A stretch of DNA of 64,000 bases from Lingula anatina (taxonomy: Eukaryota > Animalia > Brachiopoda). The notes beneath the pieces were generated by a model. It was not told where the DNA came from. It did not search any database and worked only from the letters and a program-made list of their open reading frames with translations. The stretch covers positions 12,064,644 to 12,128,643 of the forward strand of contig CM120643.1 in the NCBI GenBank assembly GCA_051362555.1, given 5' to 3'. Both the position numbers and the translations under genes were made by a program. Shown in pieces: positions 36,941 to 49,242 of this stretch (the stretch's first letter is position 1; each line of letters begins with the position of its first letter).

Positions 36941-37098
36941 TAAGATCCTGGTTTAGTCTCTCCAGATTACTATCTTTACGCCCATCACCAGCACATTTAA
37001 TCCCACACATCTTGTTGGATTCTTTTTAAATGGTGTTTTGTCCTTCACATTTAGAAGAATACTTCTCGGGGTGTTTATTGGTGTTAACATAGTACTAT

Positions 37099-37623
37099 TG
37101 TTGTAAAGTTAATTACTTACGTTTACACTAACTACAATTAGTAATGAAAGGGAAATCAAATAGATGAAAAGTTAGAGTGATATTGAGCGCAAATTAAGTT
37201 TCATCGAGTGTCAACAAGTGTAGAACATGTTTTTAGTGTCAGAAGAAGATGGAAAAGGTCAAAGTCAATGACATTTAATGTGATTGCTTAATTTCATAAC
37301 AGATTTTTATTTTGATGAAATGTTTATCACATGATAACTAAGTTTTGGACATGATTCAAGTATGAGTAATGCAAATAGTATTTTGGATAAGTTTAGTTGA
37401 AAACAAGGCTCTTAGACATTGCCTAATAAGCTAGGGAATGTTCTATGGTAAAGTCAACATGACAATGGAAAGTTTCTGGAAATCACGCCATAAACAATAA
37501 AAAGAACATAATTACACGCGTGATCGATACGGAGAATTATAGTATAAATATGGGTAAAATTGTATGAAAATTAAGTGGTGAATAAATGATTGAAGACTCC
37601 AGAAACTCGTCGTCGATATAATA
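37099..37623 (+). mobile_element. Solo LTR (Gypsy-like)
   Basis: Begins TGTTGTA and ends TATAATA (decayed TACAACA), with a 4-bp CTAT TSD. Internal TATAAA (about 37543) and AATAAA (about 37581). Absent in unit A. Confidence 0.6.
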
Positions 37624-38704
37624 CTATATAAATTTAGTTGAGATTATTTATGATCATAAGGAGAGGCCATTTAGAATATATATATATATACAGTGTATAT
37701 ATATTATAATATAAATATAATAAATAATGTACAAAGTCATAATATGCAGGGGCGGATCCAGGATTAATTGAAAGGGGGTCCGCGGCTGCTAAGCCGACCT
37801 TACCCCCCCTTTTTCATAGATATTAGATATCTTGTCACTAAATGCTTTTAACACATGCAAAATAATGAAGGTAACGTATACCCAGCTTACACATAACGTT
37901 TTGATATCAGGGTTATATATTGGTTAGACCATCAACAAGTGTTTAGAGAACGTTATTCTAACGTTCTAAACTGCCACTGTTATCATCAATGATCCGAGGA
38001 ACGTTGCCATGGCCAGCAAGTTCTATTAACGTATATAAATTTTGATAAAATTTACAAATTATACATTTTTGTTAATTTTGGCAAAAACACATGAACAAAG
38101 GATTTCATATTTTGCATTACCACAATTTGCACAACTTTAAGTATTAAAACGTTCTATCAATTTTATAAAAATAAAAAGATGTGTCGGTTATATTTACCAA
38201 TATAACAAGCAGTAATCGCGCCATACGCTCTCGATATAACGTTGGGCATCGAGCCTGCGTCACACGCTGTCTTTACTACACCTAGTGGCTGATTACAAAT
38301 TGGGGTTGGGGTTAGTTGGTGACTAGAGCGATGAGGATTTTAGAACTCTCGGCCAAGTCGGTGCCTACTCGAAATTACCGATCAACATGATGAAAAGCTT
38401 TAAAAAAAACTATAAAAATAGACTTCAATTATGTAATAAAATTTATCAAAATTATTTTAAAAAAATTTTCAAGTAATCCTGATAGTTGATTGGCATTTGT
38501 GACGAATAACTGGATTGTTTTAACTTCATTTTAGAAAATTCATTCTAATAAATTGCTTACAAGGTCAGCTAACACAGGAGTAGTCATATGATAGACAAGT
38601 TGGAGAAGTCCATTCATGGAGGGGTTTAGTGGAGAAAAGCCACTCAATCCGTGAGATGATAGGTGGGGCGATTCCATTCCATAAGAGGGTGGGCAGGTAG
38701 GGAG

Positions 38705-39117
38705 AGTTCATTGCATAAAAGAGGTGACAGGTGGGGCGAGTCCATTGCATAAAAGGGGTGACAGGTGGGGCGAGTCCATTGCATAAAAGGGGTTACAGGT
38801 GGGGCGAGTCCATTGCATAAAAGGGGTTACAGGTGGGGCGAGTCCATTGCATTGGAAGGGGTGACAGGTGGGGCGAGTCCATTGCATTGAAAGGGGTGAC
38901 AGGTGGGGCGAGTCCATTGCATTGGAAGGGGTGACAGGCGGGGCGAGTCCATTGCATTGGAAGGGGTGACAGGTGGGCCGAGTCCATTGCATTGGAAGGG
39001 GTGACAGGTGGGCCGGGTCCATTGCATAAAAGGGGTGACAGGTGGGGCGAGTCCATTGCATAAAAGGGGTGACAGGTGGGGCGAGTCCATCGCATTAGAG
39101 GGGTGACAGGTGGGGTG
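38705..39117 (+). repeat. G-rich 34/35-bp minisatellite, about 12 copies
   Basis: Unit GGGGTGACAGGTGGGGCGAGTCCATTGCAT(AAAA/TGGAA). Confidence 0.95.
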
Positions 39118-39735
39118 CATCTTGTTATTATCCAAATTTGGTTCAGAGAACAGGAACTGAAGAATTTGTTCCGTCTTAATCTCAGAAATCAAATTTTTGG
39201 CCAATTTCAGTCGTATTCATTAAAAAAACCAACTTGATCTAAGCTTACATCAGAATCATCCCACATTTTCATTATTTTGTTCAAGTATCAAATAAAGTAT
39301 TTAAGAACAAGCCGCAAAATTAAAACAATTCATGATAGCAAAAGCCAAAATCCGTCAAAATTGGACCCTCCCCATATAAGAAAATATAGGAAAAATTATA
39401 TCCCAACGAATTAGTTCCATATCCTATGGAACAAAAATCTCATGTGAATCTTTTAAAAACCATTTTAGATATTTTATTTCAGTGTGCTAAAACAGCTTGG
39501 AGGGGTTATTTAAAAAATACTGGTCATTTTACAACTATTTAAAATTTAGGTACCACAGAAAACTGCCAGCCACAAAAACATTTACATTATTTACAGATCA
39601 GATTGAATTTGAAAGTCCTCAAACACTTAAAATAGCTCGTTTTCCATCATTTATTATTACTATCCTTATCATAATAATTTCATAACAAAGTGAAAAATAA
39701 AACACCAAATTACAAAAGTTTTTTATTGAGTTTTC

Positions 39736-39736
<1 letters not shown>

Positions 39737-39797
<61 letters not shown>
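39737..39797. repeat. (TA)n microsatellite
   Basis: Direct reading. Confidence 0.9.
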
Positions 39798-39798
<1 letters not shown>

Positions 39799-42700
39799 GA
39801 AGGAGCGTGGGTTCCTGTGTGTGAAACAAAGGCTAGACTTCATAGGTTGCTTTCAGGCGGATGCTGTGCAGACTCATTGACCACCTGAAAAGATAAAATA
39901 ATGTTTACAACTTTGAACTAAACAGACAGACTCTGTACATTCTAATAATGCATGTAATATCACAGGGCAGAGGGCACATATGAATGGAAAAATGGCATGC
40001 ACGTTTATTAACTAGTCTGATGTTCAGGTTCAGCTAGCGTAAAACCAAAATTATTATCTGGAATTAGTTAATGATATAACTATTTGAGGCCTCTTGTTAA
40101 AAAAGTAACATTAATAGCACAACCCGTTTCTTTCCAGGGTGGGTGAGGTTATTACTACGACCGTTAATATGTTCCTCTTTATATTAAAAGTTAGAACACG
40201 TGTTGTAGTACATGTTGACGCATTTCAGAGAAAGAGATCATTTATAAATTCTCTTTGAAAAGCATAACAAATATATTGCACATATATAATAAGTTTTCAA
40301 CACAACACACGGCACAATGGAGACGACAGGCTGTGTAAAATATGTATCTGTCAATCATTGTGCAATGAGCACTCGAAATCCTTGGATCAGAAGTTCAGAA
40401 CGGTGACAAGCATCATCCAATTAATTAATTTGGGTGGTAATACTTATACTTAAACACACACGAGATTTTAAATTAGGTCAAAATATTCAAAATTAATTGT
40501 CAAGGCCGGGGCACGAGAAATGTTCAAACAGAGGGTTACAAAGTGCAGAGGATTTCAAGCAAACTTAGGTTATCATCAAAAGTCGGATGAATGCGCCATT
40601 TATTCTGAATATTTGGAGTCCCAATGCACTGTAAGCAATAATTTCTACCATTCTGAGTGACATACAAGTAACAATGGAAATAAAGAATAAGGATTCATGT
40701 CTTAAATATTTGCCGTAAATATTTTTCTCATTCTTTTGCGCCTTTAGTATTTAATGGCTGTGGTTGATGAAGAAATATTGATACTCACATAAATATACAT
40801 TTGCTTCCACGCCTTGTAAAAGCTCGACTTTCTGACTGCACCACACATACTGTTGCGTCTACACCTGACCCTGTCTAACTGCCAAGTGAGCATTCGGGAA
40901 GACAGCTTGCACTACGATGAACAACTTGTTGTTATGCAAATAACAACAGGTATAGCTCGTTTTAGGTGAGAGGTTGTTACTGAAACTGTTCACGAATGTT
41001 CAATAAACTCGGTGGTGATACCTTCATATGCTCAAAGCCGTGCAAATATTCGAAGTCGCATACGATACACGATATTCTACAAGTCCAAAAGTGTCTACCC
41101 CCCCCCCCTTGTAAATCCGCCACTGATATGTATGCGCCAATACAATGATAAAATGAATTGAATCAAAGTGATATCTGTAAAGAAAGGGTACATGGAAAAT
41201 CTGCCCCGACTTCTGAAATACACCCTGCACCGTGTTTACTAGTTGGAGGATGGGGGTGTGTGGGTGGGTGGAGGTATTTGTTTCCTTTGAACACCTATCT
41301 AGGTTACATAGTTACATCTGTCACAAATGGCGTATTTTTTTTTTATGTTGCTAGAATTTATTCCAATGTGTTATTGGAATACCATTCCTTTTTTATGTCC
41401 ATGATATATTTGAAAGGTGACCAGTTAAAGTCTTTGAAAAGTTGTTGCTATGGGTAACTGTCCCGGCTTTTTACCAAAAAGTACAAAATAAAAATAGTAA
41501 TCAAATTTTTATTTATATCTGAAACCCGTGTGTGACATCTGCCTAAAAGTAAAAGCATTCAAGAAGATTCAACTGGCACATCCGCTGTCACAACCAGTGC
41601 CTGTTGCACATCTACCGCAATAAGCAGAACAGTACGCCACGCAAACCACCCAACAGTGCAGGAAGGTGAAATGTACACGTTATGAAGAAATCTTTTATAA
41701 CCGAAACCATATTGGTTAATGTGGCCTAGCACTGTAACTTTATTTGCCTAGTGAACAGAGAAAAGATTACATGATACTGTTTCATTGAGTAAACTAAAGA
41801 ATAGTAAAAAATAAAAAGGGCCCTGACAACCTGGCGATTTATTTATTTATTTATATTTCAACTGCAGCTCTCAATTAACATACCTTTAAAATTATTCTGC
41901 AAATGTTTTTGGCCAATTGAAATCAAATGTAAAATGCTACTGATTCAAAAACTAGACTTTTGCCATATGATATAACCTTTGTGCAACGGAGGGAGAACTC
42001 TCTTTTCTTTCTTCTAACTTTTTTCCCGAAATTTGGAAATTTAAATGTAAAACATATTTTCTGAAATGTCGATTTCAGCATTTCCCAAATAAGATCTATA
42101 TAGTTAAAGAAATAAGAGTCTACGTCACATTACATAGAATGAAATGATGCTTTGTCCGCGCTTTGTCCAGACGGACTCTAGTATTTTGTTAAAGATTTAT
42201 TAAGCCAATAAATATATAAAATATGTAACAATGGGAATAAATTGCCATGTGAAAGAGTCATTGTGTTTAATTTAAAAGCTTTACAGTAGTAATAATTAAA
42301 TAGGTTTAAGACTTATAAATATATATACAGTTAAAGAATGAAAGCTACATAAAATAGTTTGCTACCCTTAAAAACTAAAAGCTAGATTCGCTCGTGAAAA
42401 AAAATAAATAAAAAAGTCGTGAGCTGGATCTGGATGGAAGTGTCCCTCATGATAGGCATTGTTTAATTTGTTACCCTGTCGAGATAAGTGGATTTAATAG
42501 GAGTGCGATCTGTCCAAATCACGCCACTCGCCGTTTTAACTGTCTTTCCCAATTTGTTAGTTTGAACGCAACGATCTAAAAGAATATGGTACTACACGAT
42601 TTTAAAATGGTGGCTTAAGTGATGAACTACTAGAATAGACTATTGTAGGCATTAACAATGCTTCATTTACATTTCTATTTTTTGTAAAACCGTGTACAGA

Positions 42701-44371
42701 AAGATTGACTACTCAAATAAGCTATATACGTTTAAGTTCGCGTGTTGATACCAAAATATTTGACCTAGCTTCTCATTACCGATATATTCATCGCTCGAGA
42801 GTTATCTAAATTAAATCTCAGTTTATTAATACGAGGCTGGCATACATCCGTAGCTTGAGAACGCACAGATATCCTAAGGAGAAATTCGAGGGTTAAACAG
42901 GAAAAGGTTTTGCCTGCAGGATTTCTGAACCGGTTTCATAACGCAATAGTTAGGTAAGCATTACCTTGCCGGTGAAATTCGTCGCCCGTGGACTTGAAAT
43001 AGAGATTTTTGCAACAAAAGTCTGAAACGATAGGGCGCTGGTTAATGAAGGGGGTCATTAAAAAATGCCTCCCCCCTCCCCTTCATCATTAATAACCACC
43101 ACCTCTGACATGATGGACGCATTTAACGTCCGGCAGACCTCTGGAACCTAACATCCATTTGTTTCATACTGCCCTAACATAAATCAGAGATTAGTGGCTA
43201 TCAATCTGCTCAGCGTCTGCTCTTCTGTTGGCACGTTCACAAAATCCCTGAAAATGGTGCACATTAGCAGTGTTGATAGTCTAGCAACGGCGGCAGTGCA
43301 AATCCACCAAGCTCAAGTAGATATGACTGATTCACTCCCAAGTGTAAAGAAATAGAAGATATTGGTGACATTCGATTTAGATTTTTTTTCTGTATCTGCT
43401 GGTGGTGATTAGTCGAGCAAATTGTACGCTTGGGACGCCGTGCGGCACACTCTTGGACACATCACGAAAAGCAGACGATCGCGATTACCGCAGCCGATCT
43501 CACCTGACGCAATTCAAACCCATGGGAGACCATCCAAGTTGGCTACATGGAGAATGACTCCCAAGTGCGCGTCTGCTTTTGAAAGATTTCCTCTATTCGT
43601 TGCTGCTAAACAGCGTTCATAATGATAAGCGGAATGGCGTTCTCCTTATTGAAAGCTGAACGAGCCGGTGTTAAATCAGTCTCGCACACTGGAGGTAGAG
43701 CGAAAGGTCAGTCACCTAATTTGTCGTGAAACCTGCATTGCGAGTCCCTGTCTCCAGTGTCGTTTTTTTTTTTTTAATCTTGTTGCTGAAAAAAACCTGC
43801 CCTGGAAAACGCAGCCGATAATTTATGCGCCTGCTAGATTCTGAAAGACGTTGACTGTTGAGCTATTTAATTATAACCTTCTCTCAAAATGACGGCAATA
43901 CTTTATTTAAAAACTGAACACATATCGACTTAGTCGACTCATAAAAAGTAGTTTTTTTCCAACTTAATCTAATTCTTGGCAGGATGCGGTAGATCGGTAA
44001 ATTACGCTTGCACAGAATGTATTGCTCACATAGGTCCCAGCAAAATGCAAGACTTAATTCATCGAATTATAAAAACGCACGAATGGTCACTTAACAATTG
44101 TACGCACCGTGATCAATTTGCACAGGTTTATCAGTGAAAAAGAAAAAAGGACAACGAGTATATTTTATAGTAAATAAATCCACGTAAAGAATTTTAGATG
44201 TCCATACTTGTTTGATTTAGATTTAAGTAACTAAAAATGCTGAACAGCTGACTTATCATTTTGCAAAACAAAACGACTTTTCCGTACTAAGGGGCACGAT
44301 AAAAGTTTTTAGGAAAATCTCCCAAGAATTAAACTGAACTTACAAATAAGAGAGAATACAAATCCCTGTCT

Positions 44372-44374
44372 ATT

Positions 44375-44421
<47 letters not shown>

Positions 44422-44423
44422 TT
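44372..44423. repeat. (TTTA)n microsatellite
   Basis: Direct reading. Confidence 0.9.
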
Positions 44424-45319
44424 AAGAAGAAAGAAATATTCTTAATTCACTTTTGAAGAAGTTTCCGCAAAATTGCTAAAATACGTTTTGCAGCCAGAAA
44501 GAAACTTAACCAGAACAGGATTGCCTTCAATTTGCCAAAACAAATTGGGCTGTTCCAAATTGGTCGCAGATATTTGATTTACTTTATGGTGTAAATTTGG
44601 AACAAAATTGGTGTTTTAAAATTCAATTAAACAATTTTTACATCTACAATCTTCATTCGGACGTCTAATATTTGATTGATTTCTATCCTTAACTTCGGAA
44701 TAAATGCAGAAATGCAAAAAGAATTCTGATTCCATGGCATTCCAACACACAGTGAATAGCGCATAATGTGAATAATCGACACGCTAAATGAAGTGCTCTT
44801 TTAGACACAAAACACGCAAAACAAACGCAATCATTATCAACAACCCCTTCTTTTCACATACCTAGTAAAGTTATCAGTGAAAAAGATAAATGTAAGACGT
44901 GCATTTAAGTTTATTTAAAGCCATTTGTAAATTTGTGTTAAACTCACTTTTTTCCTCAAGTTCAGTTACGTAAGTATAAATCTCAAGATAAAAAAAAAAA
45001 CTTTTAAATGAAAGGTGAACTTTCCTAATCTTAGGTAGTGTTTTTTATTTTAGATTGTGTCCCATTTTTGTTCAGTGCCACTATATGCGATTTTTTTAAT
45101 TTTTTAAAATCGAATTTTATATAACCCATCACTCTTAGATGAGATACAATATTTGCTTTACTTCATAAGCATCGCAAGCAGAGCTAGGTTTGACTAAAAA
45201 GAAATTTTATTGAAAGTTGTCTTAATTTTTTGACTTAGGATATCAGTTATTTTGGGCCATGAAAACCATGCAGTTTAATACTAGTGTGAATAATTTTTGT
45301 TCCATGATTTTTTAAAAAT

Positions 45320-45324
<5 letters not shown>

Positions 45325-45372
<48 letters not shown>
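45325..45372. repeat. (TG)n microsatellite
   Basis: Direct reading. Confidence 0.9.
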
Positions 45373-45374
<2 letters not shown>

Positions 45375-48300
45375 GAAGCCACATATATATATATTTAATT
45401 ATTTTTTTCGTGGACAACAACTTGTTTATCCTTGATCAAAGTAAATTTTGGTTTAATGAAACGGGACACAGAAATCAATCATACAGTGTGAAAAGGGTGA
45501 CGGAAATGTGTCCTCCGCTGAGGTGACAGAGAGGATTTTTTTCACAAGACCTTCACAGGCATTTCTCTCGCTGGGCACATTTCTCTCCAAGCAAAAATTT
45601 TTAAACAAAAATGACGTCATCACTCAGCAGCCGGCCACAGGTACAGAGTACGTGGCATGTGTCACAGCTGTACGAAAACGACATTTTAATCGGGTACCGC
45701 CCTCATGAAATCAGCCAGCATATCACACACATTCGAATGAGCTTTTTTGAAACATTGCATTTGGAAAACAATGGGGATTTTTTTCATGCGTTGTATATTT
45801 AATTTGCTTCAAGGGCACTTTCCTGAACAATTTGGGCTCTGCGTGAGAAGATTGTAGCCTATTGTCTTATGCGCCTGGTAATACAGGATTATTTGCGAAA
45901 TCATAATCCGTTATAAATGGCGTGGATTTAGTACAGTACTTTGAAGTTGCACTCGATATTCATACCTGAGATGAAGCAAACTATAATCAGGGGTAAGATT
46001 TTAAAGTGCTGAGATCGGTATGGTTCAACCATTATTACATGTAGAATTTTATCTGCGAGGTAAATATTTCAACGATCATTTGAGAGCCATGTGGAAGATA
46101 AGCGTACACTTAACATGGTTTACCCTCTTAAAATTAAGTTTATTTTTATAATTATTTTTATCATAACGAAAAACTATTGGCAAAATGTATGCAAAGTGGA
46201 CATAAACTATATTTACATAATACAAACAAAAAATGAAATAAGAGGAAAAAACGTGCCGTTATTTCAGGAACTGTTGACCGTTTTACACAATATATTTGTG
46301 AGTAGCCTGCCATTTTTTTATTCCTCTTATCCTTATTCTTCAATATATGGGTGGCATTAAAGCTCAAATGATTTCTTTAAATTGGTTTAAAAATTCAATA
46401 GAAAGTTAATTTCTCTAGATCTTCTTTTGTTCTTTGCAGAACAATTACCGTTTGCCTAATGTGACAAACAAACTGTGTCTTATTAAATATTTTTCATCTT
46501 TAAAGATTTATAAATATAAAACGCCTCATAATTTCGCCTTTTTGATTTTGCACCTCGTCTTGTTTTATTAGATATGCACGCTGGTCGTTGAAAGAACTTA
46601 AAACAACACTGAGATACAATGTATGAAGCGGATAAAATTTCTGAAATAAAATACATGTTAAAAACGATGGAAAGCAGGTGGCATTTATTTATAAACTGCA
46701 GGAGGTGTTAAGTGTAATACACAGCCCAGAGGACCTTATGGAATTGAGTATATTTCCTGTATTAAATCGATGATTGCTGGTCAAATTTGATCAAGACGGC
46801 TGACAAAACGATAGAGGCAATAAAAACTATTTAGTTTCAATGTCTTGTCGTCAAATATTACCTTGAAGGAAAATAAACACCTTTTTTTCTTCATGCCCTC
46901 AGATTTTCTGGGTTTCCGGGCACGCGATTGAAAGAGATTAACCTTGCAGGTGCGCTGGCAATTGTTCTACGGTAAAATAAAAGCGTTTGAGGTTAAAAAA
47001 TCTCTGGTACGTAACCCCGGCAGAAGGCCTTTTGTATGTGGTTAGACTGACGGTCAGGGACGCAAAAAGGGACGCTGAGAAGACTGCCAGGTGGTTTTAG
47101 TTTGTGGCCGCAAAGGCGGATGCCAAGGACGGCACTGCTGTCGTCTTATTATTGCAATTTCATAAGGACATATTTCTTTGTATGTCAAACAAAGGAAAAA
47201 TGCGGGTTACTTGACTTTTCTGTCGATTGGATTCAAAAGCTGATGTAGTGAGGGCCTGTGTGGATTAAAGGTTGATTTTAAGTTGAAATGGTAGATAGAC
47301 GCTAAGATCTAATATACCGTTTATTAAATCTTAGATAGACGTAAGCCAGACCATATTCACGCCTTTACTCAGTTTTTAAACGAAACAAAATCGATTCATT
47401 TGGACTGAAAAGTATTTTATTTTATAAATCATTTTTGATGGAAAGACATGAGCACGCCAAAGGGCAGGAGATAATCTAAGAAAGACTTCTAGTTAGTTTT
47501 AATAGAACGCCCTGGACAGTTTACACAATTAAACGATTTGCACCATGATCGTACAATAGATTGTCGAAAAATTGCGTTTCTCCTATTTTGCAACGCCTGG
47601 TCGTTTTAAGGAAGAATAAGATTGAAAGATAGAAACGAAGAATTTACTCGTTGTTGTTTGGATAACGTTAGACGCCAATAATGTTTGGAAAATGAAGATT
47701 ACTTGATTTTTTTACGATTGTTGCCAGATAAGACAAAGAAAGAATAAAGAGAAAACTAGGCATTTGCTTAACACAAAAACTAGCAATATAACTCATTATC
47801 AAATAAACCAACACGCGAACGAATGAATGCACGGGCAATTTAAGCAATGTACTGTGAATGGACCTTGGGCATTTTTTATTAATGGAACTTACGCATTGTT
47901 CATAAATGTTTGATAGGGTAGAAAAATGATTAAGAATTAGGGGAAATATTCACAAATATCTTCTTATTTTGCCATTTAAGAGATAATAATATGCTTTGGT
48001 GAGACATTACAATGGAAACAAAATCCAGAAAAAAAGGGAATGTGGAATTACGAATGCATTTATTTAAGATGATCTCGATCATTTTTTTTTCATTTTTATA
48101 TCACTCAATCGCTCATCCCTCTTTGATTGAGAACGATTTGTGATCGACATTTTCTGTGACCTGCCCATTCTGTGTTGCCAAACACGGAGTGGCAATAATA
48201 ACACTGAAAAATAAGGCTACGCAAATACAAATACAAATAGTGGCAAAAAGCTGCCATTATAATTAGGTTTACATCTTAGACGGTTATTATTGTTTAATTT

Positions 48301-48740
48301 TCCGTTTCATGAACGCATTCAGAACTTTATTTTGTCTTGCTGATTTGGCTTGCTAAAATAAAGAATTTTTGTACGATATTTAATTTTCATTCTTTTGTTT
48401 CGATCTACCTTCAAATATACCGAACTATTCGCTGTCTTCAAACACGCGCACACTTGCACTAGTTTACTACAAATAACTGAAAGTAATTTCTTATTTAGTT
48501 CCTTCTCAGTTTTTTTTTTTTTTCATTTTTTCTTATCACTGTTTTGGATTTAGATAAAAGGAAAAAAAGCTCATCGCTGCTTCACTTCACTTCACTGAAA
48601 TTGCAACTCCTTTCTGAGATTACTTCTTGGACTAGTGCCTAATCTGCGTTAAAAATCTTTAAAGTGTAATTAGCTGGCCAGTTAAAAACACGTTAAAATT
48701 GATATTTCCATTTGACACAACTTAGAGACATGACCGGTCA

Positions 48741-48746
48741 AAGAGA

Positions 48747-48792
<46 letters not shown>

Positions 48793-48867
48793 AAAAGAGA
48801 GAGAGGGAGTGAGAAAGAGAGAGAGAAAGAGAGAGAGAGAAAGAGAGAAAGAGAGAGAGAAAGAGAG
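48741..48867. repeat. (GA)n-rich purine tract
   Basis: Direct reading. Confidence 0.9.
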
Positions 48868-49182
48868 CTTTTGATTATGTTACAACGGAGAGTCTCGTGC
48901 GAGATGGAGTGGAAGATGGGTGTTCAAGTTTGTCGTCTGGCTTGTCTAAAGCTTTTATCGTTTATTTTATTATGTGCGGACGCTTGATAAATATATATGC
49001 ATTGCAGTGGTAGGATTGCCGATGCTTTAAAATCATATACTAGTGCACAGGTGTCTCTAGGCCAGGTTAAACCGCAAACCTTTCTCGTTATACGGGCACT
49101 CTAGTTAGATGACACTCTCAAAGCTCTCGCACGCAGTGAACTGAGAGAGAAATGGCCTAAAAAGACAAAATTAAGTACAACA

Positions 49183-49209
49183 ATAATAATAATAATAATA
49201 ATAATGATG

Positions 49210-49242
<33 letters not shown>
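49183..49242. repeat. (AAT)n microsatellite
   Basis: Direct reading. Confidence 0.9.

Larger units (their letters stand above)
37747..41125. mobile_element. 3.4-kb non-autonomous DNA transposon with 5-bp TSD
   Basis: Termini CAGGGGCGGAT / ATCCGCCACTG and TSD ATATG on both sides. The empty site cataATATTtatgcg is at about 28830 in unit A. Confidence 0.85.
22395..42449. repeat. Tandem segmental duplication: unit A about 22395-30172, unit B about 30712-42449
   Basis: Collinear matches from acaaatggcaaaa..tatttattacgaatttcacatgc to gagctggatctggatggaa.tgtccctca. Unit B is longer because of insertions. Confidence 0.92.

Noticed and set aside
38705-39117. CRISPR-like array of 34-35-bp repeats and the overlapping ORFs at 38565-39204
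   Set aside because: The units abut with no unique spacers, there are no cas genes, and the context is eukaryotic. The ORFs are translations of the minisatellite.
48712-48987. ER-rich ORF, and similar poly-L, poly-F and IY ORFs at 19430, 27639, 33223 and 39619
   Set aside because: Translations of microsatellites or homopolymers.
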